Source of the DNA: Epithemia pelagica
Lineage: Eukaryota > Protista > Bacillariophyta
Reading direction: 5' to 3'
DNA length: 64,000 nucleotides
NCBI GenBank assembly: GCA_946965045.2
Contig: OX337233.1
Location: 3,100,001 to 3,164,000, forward strand
Shown in pieces: positions 1-13,800 of the stretch (within the stretch, counting starts at the first letter, position 1; every line of letters starts with the position of its first letter). The notes under the pieces are model-generated. The model had not been told where the DNA came from. It saw only the letters and a program-made list of their open reading frames with translations, and did no database searches. Both the position numbers and the translations under genes were made by a program.

Positions 1-1955
1 TTGGGAAAGACGAACTCCCCCGTCAAGATGGAAAACTAGAGCGAGAGATAACGCGCGCAAGACAGTTTTGTTCTGGGTGAGAATGGTGAACCAACGCATT
101 CAACGTACAAAAGGATTCGGTGCTTACAAAGTTGTTGCCCATGCTGTAGATATCAATCATTTCGTCCAGAGGTGCATCCATATACTCCTCGGGTGAACGC
201 CACTTTGGTACCAAACAAGTTGACAAAAGAACAAGGACAACAAAACGAGTACAAAACACATAGTGAGCTCCTCCAATAGTAAAGCTTCCATCCACCAATG
301 CCTCGCATACACGTACATCCCCGTGTCCTACTCCATTCTTATATTTGCAGTATTCCTTGTGTTTGTGATCGTACATCATGCCTTCGGCTCGATTAAAGTC
401 ATTGAGTTTGACTCGGACATGGTCCTTGTTGCTTTTTGTTGTTGTAGTTGTCATTAAAAACTGATCCAGTTTGATATCATCGTGGACAATGACACCAAAT
501 CGGTTGTTGTGTAACAAGGCCAAGGCTTTGGACATGTCCAAGGCATGCTCCAACTTTTCAATGGCGGTAAAGGGACTTCGACTGTACACGGTTTTGGATT
601 CCGTGTGTGGTTTTTCAATGGGAATTGTTACGTGAGGTTTTTCTTCACACCGATCCTTGAGACCCAAGGCATCCTCCATGGTCCCACCATCCATGTATTC
701 ACTGAGCAATCCCACGCTGCAATAGCCATAGACATCCACGAGAAGAGGATGTGGTCCAATCGCGGCATAGACGACTCCGTCCTGTATTGATGCAGTGTGG
801 CAACCGAATGATGAGTACGCCTCGATTCAGGAACATACACACTCAGAATATTAAAAAGGGATTGAAACTTACTTGACGGTAGTCGTGCATTTCCTTGAAA
901 GTAAAGTCATCATTGTCCATGGTCGCAAATTTGACCACAAAGGCGTCGGACTGTCGTTTTCGCGTGTCCACCACCAGAGTTTCACGAAAGGAACCTTCAC
1001 TGTCAATTCATATACCAAGCACCAAGAAGAGGGGACGAGTGTGAACAAGAACAAAATCTTGGGCACGTATGGTAGCGTGTCCTTTGCCGAGACAGCACAA
1101 GTCTCCTTGAACTAGAAATATAGACACTTACTCCAAGAAACGCGACAGGCCCGCTAACAGGTAATCATTCAAATCCAATTCATGAAACTTGTTGCAGACG
1201 GGAAACTCTAATTTCTTTTCGACATGAGAGTTTTGACAGGAATAATCCGGTTTGATGCGTCGGTACCCATCATCATCGGTATGATAAGGTGTTCGTTCGT
1301 AATCGTCATCCTGGGCATAGTAAAAATAATGATGTTGTTCATGTTTCTTGTCACGATACTTGGGACCTGGTCCGGCCGTATAATCCCAAATATGACGAGT
1401 GGGGACCAACATATCATGATCGGGTATCGGCACATTATTTCGTATTGCTCCACCACCCTTCTTGTTGGTTGCGGTTTTGGCATCTCGAATGGGATCCCAA
1501 AATTTCATTTCCAAACCGGCAAAGTCAGCACGTCTACCAGGTCGAGACGGAGGAACAACCCGATGCGAGTCGGTCATGTGTACCACGAGTGATATCTTTG
1601 GTGGATTGTAGCGCTGAGAGATGCGAAGGGACGACGCCATGGCACGGACCCATCCAGCATCGGTACCACCAAAGTCTGGAACCCATGGCAGCTTTCTTGA
1701 CAAGGCCAGTGCCAAACACGAGAAGACACCGACGAGTATGACAGCGACCAACACCGTTGTTCGATCCTTGGTATGGATCCACCGTTTGGCAGACCGTTGC
1801 AGTCGAAAAATCCATGACAAGTATCCTTCATTCTGGTTGCCTATTCGAAGCAAGGGACTTTTGGATTTTCCTTTGGGAGAATCCTCCTCCTCTTTTTCGA
1901 TGGCACGGTGCGAGGAGGACGAAGTAGCACGACGACGTTGGTTCAACAAAACCAT
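1..1955 (-). CDS. Kinase K1: membrane-anchored atypical protein-kinase-like gene (PKDCC/POMK-like), 3' end outside the window
   Basis: Deduced exons (minus): 1955-1132, 999-873, 781-317, 202-128, 35-<1, all with GT..AG borders. The spliced product has an N-terminal hydrophobic anchor (TVLVAVILVGVFSCLALAL), an FPVCNKFHE stem, EGSFRET, VVKFA (Lys), HDDIKLDQFL, KLNDFNRAE and WRSPEEY. ATG assigned by comparison with K2. Confidence 0.85.
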
Positions 1956-2249
1956 TCTCTCTCTCAACACATGGTCAAATAAGAGGGAGGATAATTTTGT
2001 GAGTTCGTTGTGAGCTCACAAAATTGTACTCACCCTAGGGGGAGTTTCTTCAGGGGGAGTTTCTATATTTTGTCCACATTATGTCTGAATACTCATACTA
2101 GTCCATAGTTTGATTCTTCGGACATTATTCAGATGTCTCACTGGTACTTAATGGCCAATTTAGTGAGTTCAAGCTGTCGACCGTCTGATTTTTTGGCCAA
2201 TTTTGTGAGCTAAAGAACTCACTGGAACACATGTCCAATGTTGTGAGCT

Positions 2250-2527
2250 AAAGAACTCACTGGAACACAAAAGAAGAAAAAGTTGTGAGCTCATCATCTG
2301 ATATTGTATTGGGCCAAAAAAAGAATTCGCCGGAACACAAAAAAAGAAAAAGATGTGAGCTCGTCATCTGATAATGTATTGGGCCCAGATAAAGAATTCA
2401 CCGGAACACAAAAGAAGAAAAAGCTGTGAGCTCGTCATCTGATGTTGTATTGGGCCTAGATAAAGAACTCCCGGGAGCACAAAAGAAGGAAAAGTTGTGA
2501 GCTCGTCATCTGATGTTGTATTGGGCC
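2250..2527. repeat. ~70-71-bp tandem repeat, about 4 copies
   Basis: GGAACACAAAAGAAGAAAAAGTTGTGAGCTCGTCATCTGAT-TTGTATTGGGCC units recur at about 2262, 2332, 2403 and 2473. A solo fragment lies near 2742-2760. Confidence 0.9.
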
Positions 2528-3522
2528 AGCTGCGTACTACTACTCTACCTATCTAGCATACAGCATACACCAAGCTTAATGACTACAAGATACCCCCGAG
2601 CCACTAATCCCGACCATTTTTTCCTCTACTTCTCACAATCTGTGAGATTACAGAATATAGAATATGAATCTGTTGTGTGTTGTTTGTGCCATTGGTTTTT
2701 GTGTGCTGCGTGCTTTTATCTTGCAAGCATCACTAGACCCACCTGATATTGTATTGGGCCTCTTTGTGCTTACCCCGTCTCGTGACTCGTTGTTTTCACT
2801 TCCAAATCTGGCTTTGTGAGTTTTTCCACTGAATTGGGGGACATATCCGAGGTAACCAATCCCACGGCCAACCCAATTCCCAGTCCCCGCGAGACTGTGT
2901 AATCCCCCTTCCCGTACGTGAACGTACAAGTAGGCCAATAGGCTGAAAAGAGGGCGATCCTTGCCAGACCGGCTGGATATCGTTAGGGGGGTGAAGTTAA
3001 GGTACTCAACAGGTACTACTTCGCGTGCTCCGGCACACCGCTTGTTTCCTTACAAAGCATCTGTTGCTGTCGCCTGCCAAGCGACAAGGCTCTCTATCTT
3101 TGTGCTGTGGCAGGTTGATCCGTCTCCTGCATTTACATACACATAGTGTGGTTTTGCAATTGGACAAACGTGGAATTCATCAATTTGGAAAGATTTCGTG
3201 TCTACGTGTGGAGATTGGGCTAGGGACTGGCAATCCTGGTGTGTGGAGACAAGAACAGTTACCGTCAGAACTTGCTAGTTCTTGGTTACTTCCGAGTAGC
3301 TACCTAGCCTTAAGACTGCAGTGGAAGCGTGTCACACCTAATTAGCTTTGCCAGGCAAGCCCAGTGACAACTGCTCCCGGTACTGATTACATTCCATTGG
3401 TGTTTTGACATTCTACTGCTGTGGATCACGCGTTTCGTCATTAGTCGTGACATCTCTACCCGACTGGTAAGGGAGAGATAACTACAGCAGGGAACTCAGT
3501 TGGTTAGTTTTCTTCATTAATC

Positions 3523-5204
3523 ATGTCTTCTTCTAATGCTCAAGACTTGGATGAGGACAAAACTGTTAGAATTCTCACCGTCTATGGTGGTTAGATTCTA
3601 CATCTCATCGATTCCCCATGTCACATAGCCTCGTGCTATCGCATCATGCCATCTAGCTTCGAGCTATGTTCCCTAGCTTCACGCTATATCGACCTATATT
3701 TCTTCGCAAATCATGAAAAGTGAGAATAGATTGACAAACTCACTCTCAAGACTAAACTGGGTCGTGCGGTATTACAACGGACGTACGTCGCGCAAGGCGA
3801 GCATCCGAATTCGTTCCCCTCCCGGCTCTACGATTTCTGGATGGCTCCTGATTCTGGATCGAAGGAGCGTGAGAAGAGCTCACTCTTCTCGGGTTCAGCA
3901 TCTTTGCAACTATACGAAACAAGTTCAAAGATTGCAAGGTCCTAGTTAGCTATCATCAAGCGTTTGTAACCTCCTTTGTTGTTTACCATGACTTTCACTG
4001 ATTGGCCTTCCTTTTTGAAGCATTCTCAGCAGGCTGCGCCGACTGGTTCTGGTCGTTCGCGCTCTCGTTCCTCGAACCCGACTACTGGTGACACGATCAA
4101 CCCAAGCACTTCCTCTCGTGACCCCGACCATGGTGAACTTTCCGACTCGGAGATCCAAGGCCTGGTCTTCCGACCTTCAAGAAACCTCCGACCAAAGAGA
4201 AGACTACGCCTTTTGATGATGGTTCGAACGCTCCTTCTGTCGGCACGTTGAAAGACGATTCGACGAAGCCCTCGGATGCCAATCCAAACAACAATGCATC
4301 TCATTGTTCTGAACTTCCACCTCCTCCTTCTTCTCATGAAGATGGTGTCGACGTTCCCACGGAAGAAGATGATGACGATTTGGATCCCTCCTCCCCTTCG
4401 CAACAGCATCATCGTCTTGAGATTTTCTTTGGTGTCAGCTTTCCTCCTTCCTCCAAGATGGATTTTGACCTCTTGCTCAATCATGTATTGAAAGTTGTTC
4501 CGGTTGATTGGTGTGACTCCTTTGCTGCACCTTTCCATATCTCCTTGGCTTGTGATTCTGCCATGTGGCATTGTCTTTGCGATACATATGACCGTCTCTT
4601 CAACCCCAAAGATTTGAACATTTTGCAACTCGCTTGACTTTTTGAGTGCTAGTCCTACTGGTCGTCCCATGTTGTTCCATAACCTTTGCTCTCCTGAAGC
4701 TTGTGGTACCTTTGCCAACCTAAAGTTGACCTTTTATGCACTTGATCAGATTCCGTTTGACGATATGTCGGAGATGATCCGATCTTCGATGCACCGCAAT
4801 GTTCCTACCTTTTCGGAAATCATTGCGCACTGTGTTGTGGATTCTGATGTTGCCTCCAACGAAGGAGATCTTCCCCGTCAATTTTTCAATCCTGAAAGCT
4901 TGAAGACTTCTGCCCACTTCTCCCTCCAAGTACGACCCAGATCACTCCTTTTCGAGCTCAGGTCTTTGCCTTCTTTCCCCAACATTCATCAAACAATCTT
5001 TCAAACAAAAGCAACAACAGAAACATCACCAAGGTACCCACAAAGTCGAGAACCATGATGCCGACCAGACACCTTCATCCACTCCCACAGCGCGACCACG
5101 ACCATCCAAGCGCGACACTACCGTACTATCGCTACACAATCGCCCAGAATTGATCGTTGCGTCGAAAGCGCGACCAATGTTGGCAGGCCACCTTCGCAAG
5201 ATCA
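3523..5204 (+). pseudogene. Decayed TE-like ORF, interrupted by the Ginger element and resuming at 37700
   Basis: One frame runs from ATG 3523 (MSSSNAQDLDEDKTVRILTVYGG*...) through several in-frame stops into track ORF 3976-4251, then frameshifted pieces 4248-4637 and 4642-5058. Across the GATT TSD a frame reads ...MLAGHLRKIR|FGHDPFLDSLK... into track ORF 37764-37961. Product unknown. Confidence 0.45.
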
Positions 5205-6095
5205 GATTTGTTACTCAATATTTCAACGCAAAGGTTATTTCGCGCATGAAAAAAAAACAGATTAATATGCAGTTCGGCAAATCCTAGCGTTATTTTTCCT
5301 TACTGTAAAACCTAACGTTTTTTCAATACCTATCGTTCATTTTCATTTCTAAAAAATATTTGGAGCTGCCCACAAATCGTCTGTTTTCTTGCTCCATGAA
5401 CAATGGTTATCCATGAAACTCACGTGTTTGATGGTTCTGATAGTTCTCTTGAACATGTTACCGGTAGGTTCGTGAGTAATCAACGATCTTTCCCAAATCT
5501 CCCTATCAGAATATTTGACCGCCATTGTCAGTTTTTGCTTTGTGTCGTCTCATTTTCCCCCCAAGTCATTCACATATGACTTGTCTCGCCAGAGATTTGT
5601 ATTTTTTTGATTTGTTGAAGCTATTTTCTGAAATATCCTAATATGGACCCATCAAATCGGCACAAAAATCCAGCAGATTAATATTTTTTCATCCTGACTT
5701 CTAACATGTTCGAATTTTTGTTTCGATTTGTTTCCGATACAAACAAATCAACGCATTTGTGACATTCCATACATTTATGCCCCAAGTATTTCAAATTGGG
5801 GCGTCGTTTTGGCGTGACACTGGTCCTCTGTCTGTTGGTGTTGCACACCTCTTTTGCACATTGGCTGTTCAACTCTCTCTTTCTCCTCTTTCAACTGTCG
5901 TGTTTGACACTGAGACACTTTCATTGGTACTTCCGTTTATTTCATATTCTTCCAAGTTGATACGGAATTCGTTCGGCGCAAAAGACATTGTGGTAGCTTG
6001 GCTGACTTGTGGTTGGAGCAGAAACTGTAGTAGCTCAACCAACGAATTCCGTTCCTCAAGAGCTCTCCAAGAAGTGGTACCTTGTAAGTTGTATC

Positions 6096-7408
6096 ATGTC
6101 TGGCCGACAGAACAAGAAAAGAAAAGAGACCGAAGACCATGACGTGGAGGAGGTGGTAATTACCAAAGAAGACATGAAATTGCTTTGACCCTTGCTCAAC
6201 AAACTTAAGCGACAGAAGAAGACCAAGGAAACTAGCCTATCTGACATTGAGGAAGAAGGCAGCACTTATGAGGAAGAGAAATCCAACATTTCATCCGACT
6301 CCTCTCTGACAAATGTTGCATCAAAACAACATTCTTCTACGTCCAAGCAACGTTCCCCTACTGCTTCAAATAAGGCTGCCACTGTGACTACTGATGGCAC
6401 AAAAAAGAAAAGAGGGAGACAGAAAAAGAGTCCTCCGAAAAAAGATATTCCCAAAAGAAACAGACATCATTCACGGCAGTCATCATCTCCTGAAAAGAAT
6501 GTATCTGCAAAAGACCAAACCAAAGAGACGGCCAAAGATTCCCCCAACCCCCAACCTGGTCCTGAAACGGAAGTAGTACCTGACAATTTTGATGGTAATC
6601 TCAACGAAGAACATAGACTTCGTTTCAACCTTGCTGTCTTTGGCAACTCTTTTACGGACCCTTCCTCGATGGAACCAGTCTCTGCAGGATCAACATCAAG
6701 GAATTCCCAAGTAATGTCTCGGTATCGTCTGCAGCAAGAGATTTACATTCTTCGGCATTGGGAATCTGGAGACCCTAACGCTGCTCCACCAGAAGATGAC
6801 AGTGCACCAGATCCGAGAACGGGCATTGGCTTTAGAAAGTTGCATCCAATTGGGCGTAACACAAAATATCAAAAACGGGAAGTTAGGACTATTCCTTTGG
6901 AGAACAACGAGGAGGAATATGCCTTGTTCCATGAAGGTCGTCATGTTTGTTCTGCAGAGCAAGTTTTCGATATCATCCATGAAAGACACGGACAAACCGG
7001 TCATGCTCTAAACGAAGAAACGACATATAATTTCATCAAAGACGATTATCAAAATATTACTATGAGACAGGTGAAACAGTTTATCAATGGATGCCCTCAA
7101 TGTGTCTTACGGAAAAAAAAACAGGTGCCTCACAAGGGGGCTTCAAAACCCATACGGTCTTTCGGTTTTAGAGACCGCTTCCAAGCTGATCTTATAACAA
7201 TGACTCAGGAAGGAAAAGAAGGGGATAAAGATGTGTACGGAATTGAAATGAAGTTTATCCTCTCCTGCAAAGATCATTTCACCCAGTTCGTCATGTTGGC
7301 GGCCATTCCGAGTAAAAGCACGAAAATAATAGCCCATCACTTGGGTATTATGTATGGAATCATGGGCTTTCCCACGATTTATCAAACTGATAATGGGAAC
7401 GAAGTCTG
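6096..7408 (+). pseudogene. Ginger transposase, N-terminal part (H2C2 zinc finger plus first two DDE aspartates)
   Basis: HERHGQTGH...CPQC zinc finger, RFQADLITM, KDHFTQF and YQTDNGNE. ATG 6096 is in frame with track ORF 6192 but separated by TGA at 6186-6188. The frame is cut at 7408 by the nested element. Confidence 0.85.
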
Positions 7409-7769
7409 CGTCTAAGGGCAGCGTCACGCGCCCCCAAAACGCACACCCCATACGCGCCGTTGGCATGCGCCATTTTTCGTACCCGGTTTTTTTATACGGA
7501 TTTACACCATTTTGACTAATCCCCCCCCACCATCACGCACATACAACATCATACACATTCACGGCGACCCTAGCTTCCACGCACGCACACTCCCATCTTC
7601 CACGCACAGAGAACTTACCTTCCAAGCACACTGACCTCGCCCTCCACGTCCAAAACACTCTGAACACAAAGTACCAACCTCATCGGAACAAGGCATCTAT
7701 ACACCCTCTCCACAGGTGCAATAACACAAGGGCAAACCCCCAATCTCTCCTATCCCATTCTCCAATGAC

Positions 7770-7962
7770 ACCAGCGGAAGCCACTCACCTTTTGCATCCC
7801 ATACTCCGAAAGCACCAGCGGAAGCCACACACCATTAGCATCCCATGCTCCGAAAGCACTGGCAGAAACCACCTACCTTTTGCATCTCAGGCACCGAAAG
7901 CACCGGCAGAAGCCACCCACCTTTTGCATCTCAGACTCCAAAAGCACCAGCAGAAGCCACAC
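7770..7962. repeat. 44-bp tandem repeat, about 4.4 copies, near the left end of the inner element
   Basis: ACC(A/G)GC(G/A)GAAGCCAC...TTTTGCATC..A..CTCCGAAAGC units start at 7770, 7814, 7858, 7902 and 7946. Confidence 0.9.
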
Positions 7963-8049
7963 ACTTATGGTAACTCATTTCACAACACAATCGATACCAT
8001 CCACAGAAGAATGTGAAAACATGCACAGAAGCTAATGAAGAGATACTAT

Positions 8050-10382
8050 TTAAAAAAACCAGAGTCCGTGCTTCCTCCGCTTTTTCTGCTGCGGTTGATC
8101 TTGATCAGCACTGTCCACATATCCCATCCTCTCCCGATGTTTCTTAAGAAGATTCTCCATGAACACATTTTGTCTCTGAAACAGTCCATCAACTGATACA
8201 TATTCTTGATCATCCCTCACCTTCTGCTGCAATTCATCAAGACGATCAAGGCCAATATCACTCATACCACGTCCCTTTTTGTTTGCACAACCTGAATACT
8301 TGTATTGTTCTACTCCATCTGTATCAATGTCCCCATTAATTTGGTGCGCTTGACACCAAGCAGGGTCTTCTTTGTACAACTTTTGTTTGAACTCTTGTCT
8401 GCTCCTCAGAGCCCATGCATCCCATGAATCTTCAAGAGCCAAGAGAATGAAAGCTTCATCACTTGTAGTAAACTTACTCATCGCTTCCTTCCATATTGCT
8501 TGCTTTTGTGCTTCTGGTGTATTAGCTGTAATATCTTGATTAATGATATCTCTCACCATTCCATCTCCATAAACCGACCCCCAAATACTTCAAACATGAA
8601 AACATAAGCATCATTGTCTCCATTCACTCCTCTCATTTGCATCATCTCTTCAAGACTTGGCATAGGACCTAGATTTTCATCGTCAACCAATAACTTAGGG
8701 AATTGTCGCCGAACAATTCCACCACCATGTGTTCTCCATAGATTTAACGAGAAATGTTCTGCCAGGCAGGAAGGCTCATGTTAGAGCAAAACTTTCCACA
8801 AGAATGAGAACAAGATAGCACCAAGACAGTACCAACTTACTCATGAACCTGAACCTTAGCGATTGTAGAACATTTGATCTCTTGCGTCTGAATTCTTTCC
8901 TCAAATGGGGGGAATACCTTTCCCACCACTTTGCCTTAGCCACATCACCAATAATCTTTTCTCGTTCGAAATACGCCTTGAAGTGATCCTTCCCCAAATG
9001 CCATAATCCATTATCATCTGCATCACAATCATCGGCAAGTGAGAAATACTTCACATACCTCCAAGCAACATCAGGCACAAAAGTCTGGAACTCATCCGTA
9101 CGACAAGCTAAGGGTAGATCCTTGTATTTGCTCCTGCTCTTTCTTTGCTGTTCTCTCTTTCTTTCCCTCTTGTCTTCTCTCCTTCTTTCCCTCTCACCAG
9201 ACGTTGCATTAGCCCCAGAACTCTGACCATCACTAGTACCATAGATAGATGATGCAACCATTGAGCTATCGCCTCCGACTTCCATGGCTACAAGAGATGA
9301 TGACGACCAAGAGAGATCAGAAAGTGAGGAAACATCATCCATCCAGAAGTCCACATCTTTTTCGATTGTACATTTCCAAACCCACATCAACCCAGATTAG
9401 AGTTCCACTCTAACCAGTCAATACCGATAGGGCACAAACAAAACAAAGGAAGTACACCTTACTTACAAACGCGACTGACTCCTCCGCCACCACCACCACC
9501 ACCACCCATAACCTCTTCCATAATATTTTCAACATCTTGGTGCGACATTACAGTCACACCACCATTGTCATTAGCTGCGCACTCAATATTATTTGTATCC
9601 ATATGGTGCATCTGTGTTTGCTGTGGTTGGTGAACACCAGCGCCTCCTTGCATCAGAACGCCCCCATTGGGTGGGTATGGGACAGACATCATCTGCTGTT
9701 GTGGGTATCCTTGATGCACCATAATACCAGTTCCTTGTTGTGGATAAATCGTAGATGATGAGGCCGCCGGGAAATGATGATGTTGTTGCCCCCCAAGAGG
9801 AGCTTGGGAATAATTGAACTGTGTATGGACCTGATGTTGTTGTTGCCCTTGAGGAAGAAATGACAACACCGATGGATTTGGTTGCTGGTGAGGATAAGGA
9901 TGGGTATGATTCGGATATGGAGCAACTCCATTCGCATTATAAGGAACTCGCTGACCATGGTCGACTCCACTCATAACAGCAGTATTCTTGTGTTCGGATT
10001 CCACAGGTGCTCCTGTATTAGTAACACCACGGGTTCCTGTACAGCTCATGGTACTACCTTGGTCCTGGGATTCGTTGGATGAAGCTCCCCGTCCTCCTCT
10101 TTCCTGAAATATTACCTGACTCTTTTCAGATACGGATCCTGAATCCTCTTGGTTACGGTCATCATTGCTATTCTTGTTGTTGACATCTCTGATCGTTATT
10201 TCTTCGTCGTCTGTTTCATCATCGGTACTGCTTTCTCCAGCATCTTTGCCACCAGATAAACCATGGAACGCTGAATTCTTACTGTTTTGGTTGTCCTTTT
10301 TATCTTGCTTTGGATCACCACAGCGTTGGCTTCCTTGTTTTCTATTCTTGGTCCCCTGGTTTGTTTCAGAAGGGGGCGACAT
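8050..10382 (-). CDS. Probable multi-exon accessory (second) gene of the inner element, divergent from the transposase
   Basis: Three consecutive minus-strand ORFs (9459-10382, 8776-9390, 8050-8559). The first two end at GTAAG-type donor sequences; a CTGGCAG acceptor near 8765 opens the frame leading into 8050-8559. N-terminus is Q/S-rich; C-terminus has TTSDEAFILLALEDSWDAW. Exact exon borders uncertain. Confidence 0.55.
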
Positions 10383-10821
10383 GACAAGAAGAGTATACCT
10401 GATATAAGAAGCGTTGACAATGCAATGAGTTTTGGGTGCAACAAGAGGAGAATGTTATGCCAATCCGTTTTCATTGAGGTCTTACCTTTCGACTATCAAC
10501 TTTCAAAAGTCGAGCCGTTTGTTCCGAGTACACCCGGTTTTTTTTGAATTGAACCAAATCGACAGGCGACAATTATACATTCAAACGTCCAATGCCACAT
10601 GGGCATTTGTGTTCGTTCCGATCCCATGTACTGATAGACTCATAGTTTATGTAGAATAGTATGGGTGGGTGGGGGGGGGGGGGGGAGGGGGGTAAACCAT
10701 ATCCATCCACAACCAATGAAAAAGCGAGCCGGGCGACCATAAAATCGAAACCATTCGTGTCAGTCGTCACATTAGCAATGATTCTCATTCCACAAAGACT
10801 AAGGACCACAAAACCAATACC

Positions 10822-13800
10822 ATGGGCCGTCCTTGTAAACCAAGGTATTTAAGAAATAAACCTTCCGTCATCAAAGATCAATGGGTAGGCGAAGATCCAA
10901 ATGCGAGTACAGGTGGTTCCATTCTTCCATGTCGTAAATGTAGAAATTGTCATGTATTATTCCACGTCTCCGGGATCTTCCAACATGAAAGGGTTTGTAG
11001 CACCAAAAGAGAAAACGGTACTTTGGTCTCACATGCATTGGAGCACGAATCGTCCATGATATGCCACGAAACTGCTGGAGTCGAGAACAATACCTCTCAT
11101 GATAAAGATCAGGGAAATCATTTAGAAAATGGTGGAACCGATGATTGTGCTGTAGGGATTTCAGAAAATGGAGGAACCGACGATGGTGCTGTAGAGATAC
11201 CCTGGGCGGACGATCGAGAAGATGAGGAAAGAGAGGATCTGCAACCCACTACACAAAAACAACCCGTCGTGAGACAGCCATGTCGGAATAGTACAAACAT
11301 TGCTCATTCCTTGCTGTCATCTGAGAATGAGGAAGAATCAGATGAGGACCAAGAAGAAGGACCACCAGCAGATCATGATGATGGGCTCCAACAAACTGTC
11401 GATGACAATGAGGATGTCCAAGGCAAAGGTTCATCCAGTGATGACCATGTTATCGATGAAAACTCAAAAGACAATCCTTTGGAATTTCCAGTGTATCTTG
11501 AACAAAATGGTCTCCAATTTTCCGAAGATGACAAGGCTTTATTGAGGTTGGCCATACTCCTCCGGAATGCTGGGTGTCCGAAGTTCATGTTCGATGCCAT
11601 TTTGGCATGGATTGATTATACTAACGAGTGTTGTGGCTCACGTTTTTTCAATAAAAAACATCCACGGCGAAAGGGATTCATGGCGAAATTCGAAAAAAGA
11701 GGTTTCGATTTCCCCAAACCAAAGATTGTCACCGTCCCAATGGAAGTTACAACCAAAAAGGATATAATCGTTCCAGACAGTGAGAAGTCCGTTGATACCG
11801 TTATATTTGATTTTGTGCATCAACTTCGACGTGTCTTGCAAGATCCTGAAGCCACTTCCAAGGATAAAACAATATTATGTGATGACGACCCGTATCGCCC
11901 TTATACACCGAATAAATGTCTCGAAAACATACAAGATGGCCATGTTTTCCAACGTACCGTACGGAAATACAGACATGACAACGATACTTTCGTTGTTGGT
12001 TTATTGTCTTATATGGATAAGACACACGCGACAGGGGATGGTCGCTTTAATGCGGAACCAGTTGTTATGGTACCTTCATTTTTGACGATGTCTGAAATGC
12101 GAAAACCGAATAGACAAATCATCTTAGGGTTGATCACAGATATGGAACGGAAGTCATCTGCGGCCAAATACATCTTGGATAGGGGGTCCCCCTGTCGGAA
12201 TTATCATGCACAGCTCTCGCGAATACACCAAGCTCTTTTGAAGATACAGAATCGAGGTGGGTTGTGGATGCGATTACGGATCCATGGGATCGAGAAGGTG
12301 GTGAGATTAGTATTACCCGTGATCATGATAAAGGGAGATGCGAAGTCACAAGATAACATCGCAGGAAGATATGCATCTCATCATCAAAGTGTTGGCCGGC
12401 TTGTTTCGCAGTGTGATTGCACACCTCAGGAGTCTAGATACCCATGGTCCACATGCAACTACCTCTTCAAAAACCCTATCCATTTCAGAAGCCTCCGTGT
12501 GCTTGGTTTAGATAAACCATCAGGAAACCCAATAGTTATCGATTCTGGACAACCCGGTATAGATGATCCGAGAGAGGATCCTTGGAGAGAACCTGTGAAC
12601 AATTCCAAGAAAATTTTACATCAGATTGGACAATACCCAGTGAACAACATCTACAACCATTTGTATTTGGGTGAGGGTGTTAATAAAACACATGGGATTT
12701 TTACCGTGGCATGTTGTGATGTATTACATACTTTGAAATCGGGGATCATGAAATATATCATGACTGATTTCTTTGCTCTGATGACAATGAGAGAAAAAGC
12801 CATGTTTGATTTCTTGTACAGCTCTTTCTTCCGAGCCAACCGGCAGTCGGTATTCTCTTATTCTTCTAGTTGGGGGTACCCCAGAACATCCTTCTCTGCA
12901 GGTATCAGTAATGTTACAAAGGTAACAGCCAATGAATGGGTTGGTATTATGTTTGTCTCAGCCGCTTTGTGTGTTTCTGTTCGTGGTCATCTTATTTTCG
13001 CTTCGACTATGGCGGAGAAATGGAAAAAAGTAGTTGCAGAGTGGAAACAATGGTGCAAAGAAGAAGAAGAGAGACGAAAGAAAAAGGAAGAAGAGAAAGA
13101 ACGGAAGAGAAAGAAAAATGAATTAGAAAAAAAAAGAAAAAACGACAACGAATGGGCGCTGGACAAAACAACGTATCCTCTACCAACAATAAACGTCAAC
13201 GACCATCGAAAAAAAACCCGGTTGTACACCACAGTATTGCTGATGCTTCATCCGATTCGGATGAGAATGACTCACCTGTGGATGATAGTTATGAAGAAAT
13301 AACCACAAATATCAACGACAATCTGCCCGGTCATGTACAGGAAAATGAAGATTACCAATATTGTGAACCTGACATTGAGGTACAGGTTACTAGCGAAACA
13401 GTATTCGACGATGACCCTGTGGCATATGCATCGATCTGGGATGTAGGTGAGCGGGAACCATATCTGGATTTCCTCTTCCTGTTTGAGACAATACTCTGTT
13501 TCAACAGCTGGACAAGGATGGATAGATTTTGGGATAGCGACCCACGTTCTCCTGCCGCGAAGGAAACAGCGCGACGATCAGTTGAATCTGTCAAGATAAT
13601 GATGGATGGTATACGGCGGTATGCACCACGATTGGATAAAAAAGGGAAACTGATGTGCAATGGTTGGATGATCCCAAAATACCACAACTTGGTACATATA
13701 GTTCGACAGGTGTCCAATTTCGGCCCGGTTAAAATATCCGACACTGAATCAGAGGAGAGTAACCACAAAGAAATCATCAAACTGAATGCCAAAACAGTAC

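Noticed and set aside
3327-3460. LTR (TGTCAC...GTGACA) with a PBS ahead of a gag-like ORF
   Set aside because: No second LTR copy was found near 37.9 kb or elsewhere, no recognisable tRNA PBS, and no RT or RNase H motifs.
4026-4718. Minus-strand 230-aa ORF
   Set aside because: No motifs, and it is antisense to the S/P/D-rich decayed plus-strand frame.
6096-7408. LTR-retrotransposon or domesticated KRBA2/SCAND3-type integrase
   Set aside because: It is flanked by TIRs with a 4-bp TSD and has no RT or gag, which fits a Ginger-type DNA transposon.
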